Origin: Planctomycetota bacterium
Lineage (GTDB): Bacteria > Planctomycetota > PLA2 > JAEUHO01
Direction: 5' to 3'
Length of the DNA: 64,000 bases
Assembly (NCBI GenBank): GCA_965222115.1
Contig: CBDCTJ010000007.1
Span: forward strand, 2,976,001-3,040,000
Part shown: piece after piece, positions 61,468-64,000 of the stretch
How positions within the stretch are numbered: the stretch's first letter is position 1
Layout of the letters: each line of letters begins with the position of its first letter
The notes under the pieces: model-generated
The model's database searches: none
What the model was told of the DNA's origin: nothing
The model's input: only the letters and a program-made list of their open reading frames with translations
Made by a program: the position numbers and the translations under genes

Positions 61468-63486
61468 GTCGGGTAGGCCGGGGAGGTTTCCCTCCCCAGC
61501 CCCCCTACAGATCCGGACGTGCGGGATTACCGCATCCGGCTCCTCGCTATGTGGGTCGCCGATTAGGTGGCGCGATAGATCGAGCGCGTGACACGTGATG
61601 GTGGAATGGGGTGATGCTGTAGGAGTCGGTTGAAACGATCCCATGGCATCTTGGCGCGCTGTGAACGGCGGCACAGCCAGTACCTCCAAAGCCGTATGGC
61701 TTCCCGCCGGAAGTTGTGCAGCCGACGCGTATTGCCAGTCACCCCGTAGTAGGCGTAATGCCCCTGGAGTTTTTGTGCCAGTTTTGTACGCTGCCAATGC
61801 ACAGGTTGGTGGCGGACGGAGCGGAGCCACTTGGACATCCGCGTCAGACCGCGGCGATACCGACTTCGTGCGGTCAACTGCCGAATCACCCAGTATCCCT
61901 TACGGGATCGACTCCATAGATGCGTAAAGCCCAACAGGTCGAACGTTTCCGAATCATGATCGGAGTCGTAGTGCCGCGGGCGTTTGAATCGCACCAAGCG
62001 AGTCTTATCTGGGTGGATGGCAAGGCCGTACTTGTCGAAGCGCTTTGGAACGACGTCCATCACACGCCGTGCATCCGCTTCACGAGCGAATACAATCACG
62101 AAGTCATCTGCGTAACGAAAGAGATGCGCCTCCCCCTTCATGCGAGGGGCGACATCTTCTTTCCACCAGGTGTCCAACACTTCATGGAGGAAGATGTTGG
62201 CCAACACGGGGGAGATCACTCCGCCTTGCGGCGTACCAGTTCCTTTGGGATAGCTCACGCGGCCATCCTCCATGACACCTGCATTTAGCCACTTGCCAAT
62301 CAATCGCAAAATCACACCATCTCGCACCCGCTTGCGAAGCACGTCCATTAGCTGCGCGTGATCGACGCTGTCGAAGAACTTGCGGATATCGGCTTCAAGC
62401 ACCCACCCGCCGTTCATGTTCATCATCGAGTTACGAAGTGCAGCCAACAGATCGTGTGCCGAGCGGCCAGGCCGGAAACCGTACGAGCAGGAGTCAAAGT
62501 CCTGTTCGTAGATGGATTCCAGAATCATGGCCACCGCGCGTTGGAGGATCTTGTCCTCAAACGTCGGTATCCCCAGGGGCCGAGTCTCCCCGGGCTTGTC
62601 CTTGGGAATATGCACACGTCGCACAGGAGGTGCGCGGTAACGGTCGCCGGACTTGGCACGGTTTAGCAGGCTCTGGAGATTGCTCTCCAGGTCCTTCGCG
62701 TAATCCTGCGCCGTCTGGCGATCTATGCCCGTTGCGCCTCCTTTGCGCGTTCGCCGATGCGCTTCACGCAGTAACGTCATGTCCAGAGCGGAGTTCAACG
62801 ACGTGAACGCCATCTCCGGGGATTGCTTCGCAAGCATTGCGATCCGTCGGAGTTTCGGTAACACGGGATCAAAGCTTGGGATCTCTGTCATGGTTCCCTC
62901 CTACGGAGTACACATAGCGGCGCTCCCATCCCTCCCGAGGGTCCCTTGGTGAAAGGTTCCCCCCGTTCATCGGTACTACGGAGCGCTCCGACTTCCCACC
63001 TGCGTCCAGCGCCGCTCGGGTGACTTCGCGACGCCGTACCTTCGTTTCACACGCTTGTTTCGCACCCAACACAAGCGTGTGCCTCGTGCTGCGTATTGCT
63101 GGAAGTGTCTACGGCCCTTCCGCGCCGAGTTCTCGAAGGACAGCATGGGATCTCACAGGTTCCTGGGGAAGCCCCTTTGTGTACGTGCCCTGCTCATAGA
63201 CCCCGGCGGGCCGGAGGGAGCAGACCTACACGCTCGTCTCCGATGGTGCCTTCCGATCAAAGAACATCGTCGGCCACCGCAGTCATAAGAATTTCGAGGC
63301 TCAATCACACAGCCCGCACACACGCTTGCCTAGTGCTTCACACCCCGCAGTTACCCACAGAGCGCGCTAGGTTTGCTTCCGGCTGCTCGGTCAGCTTGGC
63401 CGGACGGGATTGGTTACCCGTTGGGCTCCATCACAAGGTTTCGTCACGTCATGAGTTCCTCCTTGTCCAGGCTTGGCCTGTCGCAC
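61468..63486 (-). mobile_element. Complete group II intron (~2019 nt)
   Basis: 5' GTGCG at 63486; domain V GAGCCGGATGCGGTAATCCCGCACGTCCGGATC (~61510-61542) with AGC triad; domain VI ending CCTACCCGAC at 61468; RT ORF in domain IV. Confidence 0.93.
61563..62891 (-). CDS. ltrA: Group II intron reverse transcriptase/maturase (no endonuclease domain)
   Basis: RPLGIPTFED, YGFRPGRS, GTPQGGVISP, RYADD, FDLLGF, maturase X domain; no HNH domain. Confidence 0.96.
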   Translation of the reverse strand: MTEIPSFDPVLPKLRRIAMLAKQSPEMAFTSLNSALDMTLLREAHRRTRKGGATGIDRQTAQDYAKDLESNLQSLLNRAKSGDRYRAPPVRRVHIPKDKPGETRPLGIPTFEDKILQRAVAMILESIYEQDFDSCSYGFRPGRSAHDLLAALRNSMMNMNGGWVLEADIRKFFDSVDHAQLMDVLRKRVRDGVILRLIGKWLNAGVMEDGRVSYPKGTGTPQGGVISPVLANIFLHEVLDTWWKEDVAPRMKGEAHLFRYADDFVIVFAREADARRVMDVVPKRFDKYGLAIHPDKTRLVRFKRPRHYDSDHDSETFDLLGFTHLWSRSRKGYWVIRQLTARSRYRRGLTRMSKWLRSVRHQPVHWQRTKLAQKLQGHYAYYGVTGNTRRLHNFRREAIRLWRYWLCRRSQRAKMPWDRFNRLLQHHPIPPSRVTRSIYRAT

Positions 63487-63708
63487 TCTTCGTGCTCTTT
63501 GTGTGCGCTCTCTTCTTCTTCCTCCTCTTTTACCGTCCCGCCACTGGCAGCTCCGCATTCGCCCAACCGCGTACAGCCGCATGCAGCTCTCTGCGCCTCT
63601 GCATCTTGGCGTCTCTGCGTGAGATTAGGAGCATGAGACCACAGCGTAGCCGCACATACTCCGGGAGCAACGCGATTCTCGCGCGCAGGGTGTTCGGCGA
63701 CGGGAGAT

Positions 63709-63735
63709 GCGAAGGATTAAGATTCAGCTTCGGAT
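63709..63735 (-). repeat. 27-bp dispersed repeat, copy 2
   Basis: GCGAAGGATTAAGATTCAGCTTCGGAT is the reverse complement of 12928-12954. Confidence 0.85.
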
Positions 63736-64000
63736 TGGAGATTGTGACGCACTCCAAATTTTTCTTTAAACCGTGGAACACCCCTCCCGCGCGTCGCGTC
63801 ACATACCTCCTAGCGTCCTTGACCGACGCACCGATTTTCGAGGAAGAGATCAATCCCATGGCTCCCCAACGAACCGCAACACGTCATGCTCGATTCGCCC
63901 GAGAAGCGAATGGGGAAGTCATATGCGTGTATCGCGAGCCCATGCGCGTCTCTTCACGAAAACGACGCGCGCAGTAACCGACGTAGCTGCGCGTTCGAAA

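Larger units (their letters stand above)
61355..63624. repeat. Array B: three degenerate repeats of the same family as array A; the middle unit is split by the intron
   Basis: Units at 61355-61397, 61458-61467 joined to 63487-63521, and 63588-63624. The first 31 nt of the 61355 unit match the 5140 unit at 28/31. Confidence 0.75.

Noticed and set aside
61563-62891. RT as part of a retron, DGR or defence system
   Set aside because: The flanking GTGCG start and domains V-VI show an ordinary intron-encoded protein.
63096-63977. 293-aa + strand ORF
   Set aside because: The first ~180 codons are antisense to intron domain I and run across the repeat array. A shorter ORF from 63633 has an RBS but no supporting motif.

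Overview
Bacterial chromosomal segment, GC-rich and most likely Planctomycetota. The taxonomic call is an inference from the divergent EF-Tu effector region ([17 protein letters not shown]), a prenyltransferase/squalene-oxidase-repeat protein, a MoxR ATPase, long PstC/PstA and a Cys-rich beta-barrel. Core content: tRNA-Gly/tRNA-Thr-tuf-rpmG-tRNA-Trp-secE-nusG-rplK (no rplA follows), a Pho cluster (phoB-phoR-phoU, pstSCAB-ppx), tRNA-Tyr, pyrE, ung, tatD, aroB, folC, 5-oxoprolinase, rsgA, trmH-like, rluD-like, lptFG, a tandem LPS kinase, arginase, tricorn protease and an amidase. Mobile DNA: an IS110-family (IS1111-like) element with a candidate bridge RNA inserted in a hairpin repeat, a complete group II intron, and a MITE. 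Three non-coding patterns stand out. (1) Six copies of a 31-bp 7-5-7-5-7 palindromic site, two of which tightly bracket a single-gene cassette. (2) Two arrays of degenerate ~40-bp repeats at 92-104 bp spacing with unique spacers; one unit is the insertion site of the group II intron, whose EBS1 appears matched to the repeat motif. (3) A 27-bp sequence present twice, 51 kb apart. No CRISPR array, rRNA or prophage was seen. All calls come from reading the sequence; no searches were run.
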